Assembly (NCBI GenBank): GCA_049999805.1
Contig: JBNGIO010006303.1
Coordinates: forward strand, 387,873 to 451,872
DNA length: 64,000 bases
Origin: Folioceros fuciformis
Taxonomy: Eukaryota
Direction of reading: 5' to 3'
Every line of letters begins with the position of its first letter. Position 1 is the first letter of the stretch. The position numbers and the translations under genes are program-made. Shown here piece by piece: positions 1-12,398 of this stretch. The notes beneath the pieces were generated by a model. That model worked only from the letters and a program-made list of their open reading frames with translations, was not told where the DNA came from and did no database searches.

Positions 1-149
1 AAGCTAGTAAATATATATTTGATATATGAATATATTTAAACCTACAACTATGCTTTATTGAAGTTTTTTTTTTCAATGAATTTATACATCTCTCTTTTAT
101 TGAAGTGAAGCATATGTGTTATTGAAAAATTGAAGTGGTTACTTTAAAC

Positions 150-3036
150 ATGGAAAGCCCCAAGAATGATGTTGAATTTGTGCTGCAAGGTAAGCATATT
201 GTTGTTGTTGAGATTATATTATCAAGGTGCATTAAATATTAAACCTTTGATTGCAGGTATTAATGATGGTATTGGATCCGATGTGGATACAAATATTGAT
301 TATGCATATGAGGATGTTGCAATTGAAAGCGACACTGAAGATGATGTCCAATCAGAAGATTTAGATGATACAATTCGTTCACTTCAACGATTATCATTAT
401 TACTAGGTGATAAATTACGCCCTAATCTTATTCAAAATTATGTTCTTTTTCAGTAAAAGTATGATATAATTTTATTACTCTATTTTTTGGTTCATGGTTC
501 GTCAATTTGTGATTGATTCTAGGCAAGGGGGTGAGACCAGATGGAACAACATTTGATCCATTCATAAAACGAAAAGTAGAAGTGGCTGATGACTTTATAA
601 GAAACTTCCTCTACAAAAGAGGCTTGCGAAAAACACTTGATATATTTGAGGTAAATTAATTAAAATATGAGTATTTATTATTTTTGTAAAAGAATATCCA
701 TGTGATGTTTTCACATGATACTTCAGAAAGAATGGGAGGAGATGTTGAGTAAAGGTGAAATTAATGAGAGTGAAGTTGGTAAAGTGCCAGATGAGTACAC
801 AAGGCATCTTGAAATGCAAGATGCTATTGAAAATTTGCAAAATCAACTTCATGATGCGAATCATCTAGCTCAGTACTGATCTTCCTTGTAAACATACTTA
901 AGATAATTCATTTATATTTTGGATAGGTACGAACTTTATGGATGAAAATTGTGGGGATAAGGAACTTGCCATTGAACTAAATTTTTTTCAGATTGCAGGT
1001 GTAGACAAAAAATGTTTGAAAAAATTCATAAAGAACGAAACGTGCATCGTATGCATCATAATCGGATTGCACAAGAGAAAAATAGGCTGATAACGATAAT
1101 GAAGGTTTCGATTTTAACTGGATCGTGTATGTTAGTGTCACTATCTTAGTGTCTCATATGTAGTTGCAGGAGGTGCTTATTTCAAAGTGCTGAAAATGGC
1201 AGAATTTGAAACGACATTATTCTAAATATGAACCAGTAATAACAACTTTGAAGAAAAAATATGAAGATATTCTTCGTGAGAAGGCAATGCTAGCGCTTGA
1301 AAGAGACCGACTTTTACATAAAGTAAGCTAAAAACATATGTTAGATACTACAATGTATTAATTTATCGGCATAACATGATTCTCTTTTGCGTTAGGTTAC
1401 GAGTTTACTTTCCTTAAGAGACATTAAAGATGCTGCTTGTGAGACTGTTCCCACACCACCAAAATCGATAGCATCGAGTGAAAGTACTAAACCAGATCCG
1501 TTACTTGCAACTCGAACAAATCATTTTATTGATATGGATCTTGAGCCGACTCCCGTAAACTACTTTAATTTGCAAAAGACATTTAAAGGCCACTTAATGT
1601 CAGTTAGCAAGTGAGACGTCATCATCTACTCAGTGGAGAAACAAGTGTTTTCACAAGAAACTTGAGCTTGTTGTTTTCATTTTCTAATGGAATAACATGC
1701 TGGAATTTCAACATTAGTTATGTTTGATTACAGCGTTGTTATTCATCCAAAGAAGCCCGTAGTGGTCACAGCCTCGGATGATTGTACTTGGAGAATGTGG
1801 GGTCTTCCAGCTGGTGACTTGATTATGACTGGAGACGGTCACAAAGATTGGGTTGCCGGTTTAGATTTCCATCCAAGGTGGTTTAGCTAGTATGCCAAAA
1901 GACTATATCGTTTTGGAAGTGGTAATTAATGAAGTTCTAATCTGTTGTGATGTAAACAGTGGCATGCAGTTGGTTTCATCTTCTGGAGACTGCACAGTGA
2001 AGGTTTGGAGCTTTGAGAAGGCTCGTTGTATACATACATTTACAGAACACACTCAGGTATGGATTGCATAATAACTAAACTTTACATACTTTCGACAACC
2101 TACCTGCGCTAATTTCCATACGAGAGGTAAACAAATTGATAATACAAAAAAATCAGGCAGTTTGGGCAATTGCTTTTCATTTCAGCGGTGATGTTGTTGC
2201 TAGCTCCTCTCTTGACCATACTTCACGCATTTGGGACCTCCTTGGGTTAGTTCATATGTGAAGTTTTTCATTAGCTAGAACATTATATTGATGGGAGAAT
2301 TTTTTTATTAAAATTAATCTCGTGGTTGATTTTAACTTGTGTTCCCTAGGATGAGATGTAGAGGAACACTTAGAGGTCATGTTGACTCGGTTAACGGAGT
2401 TGTATGGCAAAATTGTACAAATATTTTATGTACGGCTTCAAGTGACAAAACAGTGAGCTTATGGGATGCTAGATCCTCACTTTGTGTCCAAACTTTTTAT
2501 GGCCACCAAAGCTCGTGCAACCATGCAGCATTTGATCCCAAAGTACGTGCAGTCCAACTTTATTGATTGGGTTTTTCTTAATGATAATTATTTTTAATAT
2601 ATGTTTTCATATGAGCAACAACCTTGTTCGCAGGGATTCATGATAGCATCTGTGGATGCTAATGGTGTTGTTAAACTATGGGATGTGCGAAAAGTTCAAG
2701 AGTTTGCTACCATAAATGTGGGACCACATTCAGCAAATAAATGTTGCTTTGACAGAAGTGGTCATGTGGTTGCCATTGCAAGCAATGACAGTCGAATTAA
2801 ATGGTAAAAAAATGTGATTCAATCTTTGAGTCGAGATTTCATTGACAGATCAAGAAGAGATTACTGATGGATAGTTGTACGCACTTTTTTGCAGCTTCCA
2901 TATTGGCACAGAAGTCGTTCCAATCAACGAGTTGCGGGGACACAATGATGCGGTACAAGCATTGGTATTTGATCCCAATGGAAAGTTTCTTGTGTCTGGA
3001 GGATCTGATAGCACTTTTAGAATATGGTCAGCTTGA
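150..3036 (+). CDS. SPAG16: Sperm-associated antigen 16 / PF20, flagellar central-apparatus WD40 protein (multi-exon)
   Basis: ATG at 150. Hand-spliced GT-AG exons give the N-terminal 'DDFIRNFLYKRGLRKTLDIFE|KEWEEML', a coiled coil 'KERNVHRMHHNRIAQEKNRLI', and WD40 repeats (FKGHLMSVS, GDGHKDWVAGLDFHP, LRGHVDSVNGV, FYGHQSSCNH, LRGHNDAVQAL...FRIWSA*). Stop TGA at 3034-3036. Confidence 0.88.
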
Positions 3037-3591
3037 ATTTTTTCCTAAGTGTGACCCTCCTCTTCAAAAGGCTAGGATTGGTCTCCAAGTCTTGGGATAA
3101 ATAGGTTTTCCTACTGTTTGTTTTTTTTTGGGTCAAAATAAAGACTCTAATCTCATAGAAAACTAGAACTTATTGTTAAGCTGTTCATGAAAAACTAATG
3201 TTATTGAGAAAGTAGAACTTCAAAGAGTTCTATACTTTACTTATTGACGTTACAATTTGACAGAAAAATTGTAAAAGTATAAATAGTTTTTAAATTATAC
3301 ATAGATATTGAGCAAGAATATACAGAGCCTAAATATTTCAACTTAGGGTTTCGGGTATCAAATTGAACCAACCCTCCGGGTACAATACGCGTACGGTTAG
3401 AACAGTACTGAAAGCACACTAGTCGTGCCCGGCCGGTAGGAATGTCCTCCGGGAATGATAAGACGTGGGCCTTGCAGGGCATGGCATCATCCAAATTGCA
3501 AAGACACGATAGCCGTAGCAACTTGATCGTTCAAGGTTTCCATTGACCTCCGGGCTGCCCTTTGATGACTGCCCTGGGACGTGAGACATGG

Positions 3592-6500
3592 CTAGGAGTG
3601 ACCTACGGTAGCTTGTGGTGACGATTTACTAGAATCGGAGACGCGCGCTTTCATGCCACCATGCTTTCTTGGCGGTGGCCGTTTCCTCTTATACTTCCGC
3701 TTAGGAAGTGCAAGAATCCACGCGGGGACCTCGCTGCCGGACAACACCATCGTGTTGGCTATTGAGCGTATGAATGCAGCATCCTTCTCCGTGTACAGCG
3801 TCACTGCCTTTCCTTGCTTTCCTGCTCTACCAGCGCGACCTGGACAAGCAGTCCGTGGATCAGAGAAGGCAACAGAGAACAACAATCTCAGCCCGTTCCA
3901 TCTCCTCAGGCAGGCATGAATCCACTCACCAATTCTGTGAACGTAGTCAATCGTGGACAGAGGCATGTCAAAGTTGATCACCAGATTTATGTTCTTGAAA
4001 TCTATTCCGCGAGCCACAACGTCAGTTGCGACCAGAACCCAGGTTTTTCCTGATTGGAAATTTTCGACGGCCAAAGAGCGCTGCAAGTCAATTGGTACAT
4101 GGTGATCTAAGTACCAGCACTTCGTCTGGGACCTCAAGTTGTACAGTAACAGATTCGAAGAGTTGCCAGGTAGGTGGAAGAATCCAATAACTGACCTGAT
4201 GTTGAGACCGGTCTCCGTGAATACTATCTACGTTGATACCCTCCAACAGGAGATTCTCGTGTAGCTCCTTAGCCCTCTCCTTACTTTGAACAAAAATGAT
4301 GACAGGGGGCTCAAAATCCTGCAACACACATTCAGAATAGGTCAGTCATCAGTCATCAACAACCTGACTAGGCGTTCAAGCACCATAGAGCTTCCCCCGT
4401 CAGGCATTCCTGTTTCTCTAAAGAATTGTAGCGGCGAATGCAAGAGCGCGTCCCAGCCACAGCGACAACACCCAAAACAGCCACACCCATGACAGCATGC
4501 CCGAAAGCGAGGGTAAAGACTGCAATAGTGATTTCAGAGGTCCATTACCTCTGAATCAAGATCCTCTGGAGACTTCATGCCCTACCCTTTACTCTCAGTA
4601 TCCACACACAGCTCAGAAGAAATCACCTTATGACCACTAGTATACCTCTCTAAAAATCTGACGAAGCGCAAGACGCTTCCCATCTTCACTCCCAACAAAC
4701 ACCAACCGCTGATTTACACTCTGAGATGCCGAATTCCTACAAAACAGTAATGCTCATCAATGCAAGACTCACTGGCGGGGTTCCTCCTTGCTCTGGTAAC
4801 AGACCAAAAATACCTTCGACTGTCCTCAAACACGGGTCTTTTGCATAGTACACCAATCACTATCCACTTAGCATCACCATTCATGATATCAAGACAACGA
4901 TACAAGGAAAGCAACAACAGGAAAACGCTAACCTTTCGCCGATGACTATACGTGCAGCATCATGCATGATAGACCGCGCTAATTCTTCAACCGTATCAGG
5001 CAAGGTGGCGCTAAACAACGCTCTAACAACTGCAGGGTTTGCACAAGCAGCAACCACAGCATCGATGTCCTTGACGAAACCCATCTCGAATAGCTTGTCT
5101 GCCTCATCCAAGACTAGGTGAGTGACACTACACATCAAAACCGCAGAGATATTAGCCCCATCACCATCATTGCAGATCTCGCTACATGACTGCATACCCA
5201 TGGACTGAAGATGGAGACGCAAGGAAGGCAACTGTCAAGGACTACCTGCTGAGGTCTATCTTTGACCTCTTCAACAGAAGCTGCAGCCTTCGCGGAGTGG
5301 AAACAAGAATGTCACAGGCACACTTTTCCAAGCTAGCCCGTTGGAACAGTGTTTTTGTCATTGCCTTTATACTGAAGTTTTTCCCTTCACTTAGCCTCCG
5401 GGATTCACGGGCTGTTTGCAGAGCAAGTTCTCGAGTTGGGCACAAAACAAGAGCGCGAATCGGTCCAGTTTTGGGCGCCTGCAATCCACATTAAGCACCA
5501 GACGTCAGCAGGTACTCTCATGACCACGTGGCTGGTGATCAACACACAGAAGTCCCTAGCCAAAGGGGATCCAAACCTTAAGCTTCATCAAAATGGGCAA
5601 CATGAAGGCCAATGTTTTGCCAGAGCCTGTCGGGGCACATGCTAGACATTCCCGATCCTGCAGGTAAGCAGCAGCTCCATGAAATGAGAACAGGACGACA
5701 TACTACTTCCACAAAGCAGTGTCAAATACGACGCGACCCTAAAACAAAGGAAAAAAAAGAAAAAAAGCAAGCTGCAACTCTACGAGGGATTGGTGTTGAG
5801 CCACAGTGACAGAGACAAGAGAAGCATACACTGAGAAGCAGCGGGATAGCCTGCCGCTGTATTGGGGTTGGCTCCTTGTACCCAGATTGGACGATGTTGG
5901 TCAGCAGATATGACTTGCACCGATACCTGAAATGTTCCACGCACATTTTTGAAAGGCTTGAACCCTCATCGTTCTTACTTCACACCATCAACACGGCTCA
6001 CATCTAAACAACAGGAGAAATGCAAATCTGAACCAAGCAGCTCACCGTGATTTCAGCTGCTCAAAATCCTCCAGCGGTGCGGGGATGTCATGGCCTGCAA
6101 CATGAATTCGAAACTTCTTCCTCATCACAGCAGCAGCCTGTACGCCACAATACGTCGGTCACAGTATCCCAATAACCCCTAACTCAACCGAAAAACAACT
6201 AGCCACAAACCTCCTCAGCAGAAATCCTCGACTTGGCATCATCTTGACCTCCAGGTTTCTGTCTCTTGATCAGAGGGGCAGGCGAGGCAGCAATGGGCTT
6301 GAATATGCTCACACTCCCGTCAACATCCCCTGCCACGCCACACCCAATGTCAGACTCTTCCAGACAAATTCGGTCCAAATCACACCACTTTCGTAACAAC
6401 GGATTACCTGGATCAGCGCTTCCTTTCCGTTTCCGATTGGTCTGCAGCGACACTGCATCCACATTTCCACTCCTCTGACGGCCCTTTCCCTGCGGGTCAT

Positions 6501-6704
6501 GAGCAACTACAGACGGGACCTCCTCGAGCTCCTCCTTTCCCTGCCGACGCCAATTTTGCAGCCTTAGGTAATCAGAATCAATTCCGCTGGATCCATCACA
6601 GCCCTTCAACCACCGTCACCTGCCCGCACCTTGAGTAGCCGGAGGTCCTTCCGCACTCGCTCCTTGTCAAAGTGCACCCCGGCGAACAAAAAGGATGTGT
6701 CCAT
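3592..6704 (-). CDS. RH57: DEAD-box RNA helicase 57 (ROK1/DDX52 orthologue), multi-exon
   Basis: Start [14 protein letters not shown]. Contains Q-motif [14 protein letters not shown], motif [33 protein letters not shown] and HRIG-RAGRAG, with a basic C-tail. All junctions checked are GT-AG. Confidence 0.92.
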
Positions 6705-6977
6705 AGCGATGGCGGCACAAACGGCCCTTTTCCTCCTTACTCTCAGAACATGCTACTACCACACGTATTTATGGGTGGTTTGGTCTCATATTTTCGTCAG
6801 TAGCTTCTCCATTTATTCCGAGCGTTACCTTGGTATGTATTGAATAGGGCAACGACGTCAGCAGAATTGAATCGGTTTAAATGAATATTACAGGATATAG
6901 ATTATAGCTAGAAAAAGCAGGGGAAGTGCTGGAAGTCTTGTGGCCTGGACGCAGGACCGAAAATCCACTCCAAGGCA

Positions 6978-7514
6978 ATGGCGCTGGCGATGGCAATGGC
7001 GAGCACAAGCGGAATGTCAATGGCACCGGCCAGCGGCCTGGTCTCCTCCTTCTGCAGAGGCACTCGCGCTCCTGCTCTCAGCAGCCGAGGTTCAGAGCTG
7101 CGCGGCCTTCACTTTTCCGCCTCCCCGTCCTCATCTTCGGCCTGTTGCTCTGCTCCCTCGCCGCTCGTTGTGCAGCCTGTTGCAAGTGCGTTGCACGCTT
7201 TCTCCTTCACCTTTCTCGTAAGTTTGGCCGATGTCACTCCTGTCTCACATTCCTCACATCCTCGTCCCGCCTGCTGTGCAGAAAGAGTGTGCGACCTCAC
7301 GGGTAAGAAGGCGAACAATGGGTACAAGGTCTCCTTCTCTAACCACCGGACGAAGAAGCTGCAGGGTGTGAACCTCCAGTACAAGAGATTATGGTGGGAG
7401 GAGGGCAAGAGATTCGTGAAGCTCAGGATTTCGACCAAAGCTCTGAAGACAATTGAGAAGAAGGGTTTAAGCGCCATGGCCAAGGAAGCGGGCCTCGATC
7501 TGAACCAGTACTGA
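6978..7514 (+). CDS. RPL28: Plastid 50S ribosomal protein L28 with transit peptide; one intron 7186-7281
   Basis: Ser/Ala-rich transit peptide, then [62 protein letters not shown], a bL28 core. Confidence 0.93.
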   Translation: MALAMAMASTSGMSMAPASGLVSSFCRGTRAPALSSRGSELRGLHFSASPSSSSACCSAPSPLVVQPVASALHAFSFTFLVSLADVTPVSHSSHPRPACCAERVCDLTGKKANNGYKVSFSNHRTKKLQGVNLQYKRLWWEEGKRFVKLRISTKALKTIEKKGLSAMAKEAGLDLNQY

Positions 7515-7886
7515 GGCCAGTCGTAGCATTCGCGGTCCAGTGGCAGGGCTAGGGTACGAGGCATTGGAGTCGGTAGGATGGAGCAGCGTCTCCCGCGTGC
7601 GTGTAGAGTGCAAGGTAGATAGTAGGCGCAGTGGCGGTGTGAATGCATCCTGCGTCATTCCGAGGATGTCCTACTCCACCTTGGCCTTCTAACTTTGGCG
7701 AGCCCATACGGATGTAATCGTGATTATAGAGCCGTAAAATGTTTTTGGCTGTGTTTTTCGGTTGGCCGGAAACGATGCCCGCATAATCCCCGCTCTTTCT
7801 TCGATGCCTGATGTGGGCGTAACGTAACAGGAGAGCGCGCCAGACGAGAGGGCTGACAGTGGGTTTGTGGAGGTTGCGGTGTGGCG

Positions 7887-9367
7887 ATGGCAGGACCCGG
7901 CAAGAAGAAGCCGGGGGGGAAGGCTGCATCGGCAAGCAAGCAGGACCCGGTGCGGGTGTTTGCGGAGCGGGTGCGGGACCACAAGAATCTGGAGTCGCGC
8001 TGGGCGGTGTTGCAGGAGGCAAGGGTGGAGTATTTCAGGGCCAAGGATTTCGTGGCGCTGCTGGCGGCGAATCCTGAGCTGCGGAAGGTGCTGGGAGCGG
8101 AGCTGGGTGAGGAAGCGGGGTATGAGGAGCTGGGCAATCTGCTGCTGCACCGGAAGCTCATCGTGCGGTGTGATCGGGTGGTGAAGACTCTGCGCCCCGG
8201 CAAGAAGAAGCTTTCCAAGTGGCCTGCCCGCATCGAGATCTTCCAGGTTAGTGGAACTGGGCTGCGGGGCTGAGCTGGGGATGAGGAGCTGGATCGGAGT
8301 GTATGTGGAACGCGAATGGCTGTCGTCTGTGTAGTGTGCACGATTCCGAGGGGCGGAGCTGAATTGTTGTGGTTTGGTTTGCCGGTTGGTGTGAGTATGA
8401 TTACTGACGGATGTGTGGGACGTATGTGTTGCCAGGAGCAAGAGTTCTCGCTGGATGATGCTTTTTTTGCCTGGACGTTTGAGAGGAGGAGTCCCTTGTG
8501 GCAAACTGCGCTCTCAATTTTGCTTTTAGTCGTGACAGTAGGGTGCTGTTTGTTTCCATTGTTTCCGCATTGGTGCAAGCTGGTGGTGCTGTACCTGTGC
8601 TTAGCGTTCCTAGCTCTCATCGTTGGCACTCTGCTCGGTATGTATCCTCAGCGTGTTTCCTTGTGGCTTCTTCACCTTGTTGATTCACGGCTGGTGTGTA
8701 TCCTACTGAGGACCTGCTGCTGGTCTTGTAGTTCGCTGGGCAATTTTTGGACTTTTGTGGATTGTCCTCGGGAAAAGGATTTGGTTCTTCCCCAACATCC
8801 TCGCTGAAGAGGCAACGTTTTCAGAGTTATTCGTATTCCTGCCTGATTGGAGTGAGGCTAAGGAGCCCCCACCGAAGTGGACCGCTCGAGTCGGCTTTGC
8901 TCTAGTCACTTTGTTGACTCTTTGGTTTCTGGTGCACCATTCCCCGGACGAGTCCGCACGGATCAGGTTCGGGTTTGGGTTTGTCAGGATGTTTTCCTCT
9001 CCATCCCTTGCTTTGCAGATCGGTGTGTGTGTTGATCCCCTTCTTGGAATGATGCAGGTACAAGAGAAAAGTCACGAACACACTTGATGACATCCTGGAG
9101 TTCAAGTTTTCGGCTCTTACTGGAAAGACGGCACCTACTATTGTGCCAGAGGCCGTTTCGGTGAATGATTCTACTTCAGACGAAAGCCATTCCACTGAGG
9201 GTACAGTGGATGACATTCCGGGTAGCCCCTCGGGGGATGATTTGACTGATGAGGGCGTAGACGAGGGGCTTAACGAAGAGGAAACTCAGTCAGAAACATC
9301 AGAAACGTCAGAAACAGCGGCCTCTGAAGCGGATGCAACCCAGGGAACCAAAAAAGATGAACTGTAG
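7887..9367 (+). CDS. SEC62: ER translocon subunit Sec62 (4 exons)
   Basis: VFAERVRDHKNLESRWAVLQEARVEYFRAKDF; CDRVVKTLRPGKKKLSKWPARIEIF; TM segments 'CCLFPLFPHWCKL' and 'GKRIWFFPNILAEEATFSELF'; acidic C-tail. Confidence 0.92.
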
Positions 9368-11659
9368 CATGGGACTTCCGCAAGAAAAGATTAAACATTT
9401 TGTGCCAGAAATAAGTGGCACGCTTTCTATCCCCCGTTCGCCTTGCTTCCTTGGGTCAGTCCGTTTGTCTTCTAGTAACGTGTTGCTCTTCCAGCGTCAG
9501 CCTTCATTTTAGCCAGACATGCGTCCTGTGAGAAAGCTACTTGTAAGTAGTAATACTGAATGACATCTGTTATGGAGAGGCAGGCTATGGGGACACAAAA
9601 AACTTGTTGGCACAGCTTCCCTGCAGGTGACCAGACGCGCTGTTACGAGAATGATGTGGCCAAGCCCTCGCACTGGTCAGACTCAGGAGCACATGTACAC
9701 AAACGGGTAGAGTCCTCAGGCGCAGGTCAACCACCTTTCGACGATCCAGGCTAAGGGTGAGTCACTATCTTACTGGATGTATCACACGCAACCCTGAGAG
9801 GAACACAGACACTAGCTTGACAAGCCAAGACACTGGAGCTTATAAGCTTCTTAGGAGCAACAGCGCATAACCCTGTCTCAAAGATGGGAATGGGGTACAT
9901 GTTAATGCGGAATGAATTATCGGAATGCTGGACATCATGGTACGTGCTAGGCCCTTGGAGAGCCAAGGCTTTTAGCAAGCTAGACCTCTGGCTTCTCAAC
10001 AGAAAACTAACGACCAAGAACCTTGAAGTCCTTGGGCCTGTATTGATATTTAAAGGGCGGTGCAATCCGTAACGGTAGGGTGTAGCCCAAAATGGGTTCT
10101 TGTTCAGCTCTCCATGGGCCCCATCATGTTGTGTAGTCCGAATGTAGTACGCGGAATTCCAGACCGAAGTGTGCTGGTTTTCAGCCCCAATGGTCCCATG
10201 TTGTAAGGTCGGCAGGGACTCTCGCCGATTGGTAGATGGACATTTCTCATCCACATTTCTCTGTGGTAAGACTTTAAAGATCAAGTAGAATAGTTATTGT
10301 TGATAGATAATCGTGGGGAGGTGCAGAGGTGCAGTGGCCCGGTCACATGCACTGCGTGAGGGAGCCCAACACACCATCTAGATGTGACGTGTTCAGGACA
10401 ATTACATGCCACGGCCTGGATACCGGCACTACTGAAGTACACACCCACAGTCATGAACATAAGCTGTGCGCGCCGGATCCTCTATGCCTAACGCCTGATG
10501 TAGGCCAGAAAACGACGTCTAGTGACAGTGCCATCCACCTGTTACAATACTGCTGTATCTACACTGAGTGAAACTCATACGCATTGAGAAATAAAGTTTG
10601 TAGCCAATCTCTTGATTGGAAGACTGGACGAAAATGAAAAAGAAACCGCGAGTGGTGGTCAGCAGCTTCACCCGTCAGATGGAGCTATCACTTCAAGCCC
10701 TGAGGCCGTCAAACATCTCCACAGGCTGCACTTGGACATGCAAGCGTATCATGTAGTCCACACATTACACGATGATAAAAAAAAACATTCACGACACGAG
10801 ACCATCTCAAATAATCACAAGGCAAGCTGGTCGAGTCGTCGCATTCTCGCCAAAAACGCTGTACCCTGCTGAAGACTAGAGAGGAGTTCGTGTAGTGGAA
10901 GTACGAGAAGTCACTGTGATGCTGTACGTGTAGATACTTCCGCGGGGCTTCATCCCTCCATCTCGGCGGAGACTGTGCCTCAGCCAGATCTGAGTCTAGA
11001 GACAATCACCCGAGCTCAGACCGAAAGAGCCGCGGATGTCGACCACAGATCCGCTGACGCTCGTAGCCTCCTGTCTGCACGATCAGACAACAAATCGCAC
11101 GGATTGTGCCCGTGGCCACATCCTGCAGCCAACAGTTATCCGGCGAAGCACACTGTAGTACAAATCAACGCAAACGAGGCACGCCACAAGCTCCCTAGCT
11201 GACAAAAAAAAGCAAGGGAGGCACACAGCGCTGCGATCAGAAGACATTGGAGAGAAGTTTGCTGTGAAAGCTGTGGATTGCATCTCGAGAACTCCCACGC
11301 TGACGTCGCTGCGGCACCGCCTAAAACAATGCAGGCTACAGATTTCGCAGCAAACTTCTCTCCGAAGCTGACGAGCTCGCGCATAAGCACCTCGCCGCCA
11401 GGCATGCCGAATGCTCTCAACGCGAGACAAGTAACCCGACGTCCCAGAGCTCGGCAGCTAGACACGCTCCCTCTCACACTCCGCGCCACTTCCTTTACCC
11501 GCACCATGGAAGGCAGGGCCACACCGGCAACTTGCGAGTGCGCGTCAGACGCCTCTGATCTCGGCGGAGCAAGGGGCGAAAAGAAGAAGAGCGCAGTGGT
11601 ACCAGCGCCGGGCCACCGGCTCCTACCATCACTCAGCCAATCAGTCCCAGTCCAGTAGG

Positions 11660-11730
11660 TGCCCTCTCCCTCTTCCACTCTCTCCCCTACTCTCTCTCGC
11701 TCTCTCTCTCTCTCCCCGCTTTCGCTCTGC
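11660..11730. repeat. CT/GA-rich microsatellite-like tract
   Basis: ccctctccc tcttccactc tctcccctac tctctctcgc tctctctctc tc. Confidence 0.8.
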
Positions 11731-12398
11731 CTGCCCCAGAAGCGGGGGAGCAGGCCCGGCTATCACGAGCGACTGTGGAGAGCAGTACGGCTGCGCTTCA
11801 ATGCGCTACTACAAGACAAACCGGGTTGCATCGCCGTGAGACTGAGAGCGGTGACCTGGACCACACTCTCTGCTGAGGACTCGGAACAGATATGGTTTGC
11901 AGTTGCAACCGGTGATCATGAATGCAACATTCTCATCACATGACATCTGGCGTGTCTATGTAGACATGTCCTGGAGGCTGACGCTTTCATCGCGCGGAGT
12001 TGCTAGACTTGGCTCATTGTTTCGCCTGCATGCCCGTGGGCCACACCCGTAGCGCACAAAAGGACTTCCGCATCGCTGCTCCGGCCCTGCCGTGTCTTTG
12101 CAGCCTCTCCACGCCTCGGACCTTGCGAGCAGGACCGAGGAGGTAGTCGAAGGCGTGAGGTTCGCATATTCTTCTGCATCGTGTCTCGTTTCGTGAGCAA
12201 GGTAGATGAGTTCGAGGATGGCCACTCCCTGGTGCGGATTTGGTGCAGCATCTGCGGCGGAGATTGGCGGGAGGTCACTGCAGTGTCTGCATCGCTGTTG
12301 CCTTCAATAGAGGGTTTTGGAATTGGGCTGGGCCTGGCTCGAGGGTTTTGGAATTGGGTGGGGCTGGTGCTGCCTTGAGGATTTTGAGGTGAGGCAAC

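Noticed and set aside
7689-8629. Long minus-strand ORFs (271 and 301 aa), and similar ones at 27129-29647 and 40028-42011
   Set aside because: Antisense shadows of GC-rich real coding exons; no recognisable domains.
10930-10960. ggcttcatccc resembling miR165/166
   Set aside because: The 5' seed half does not match and the surrounding fold-back is poor.
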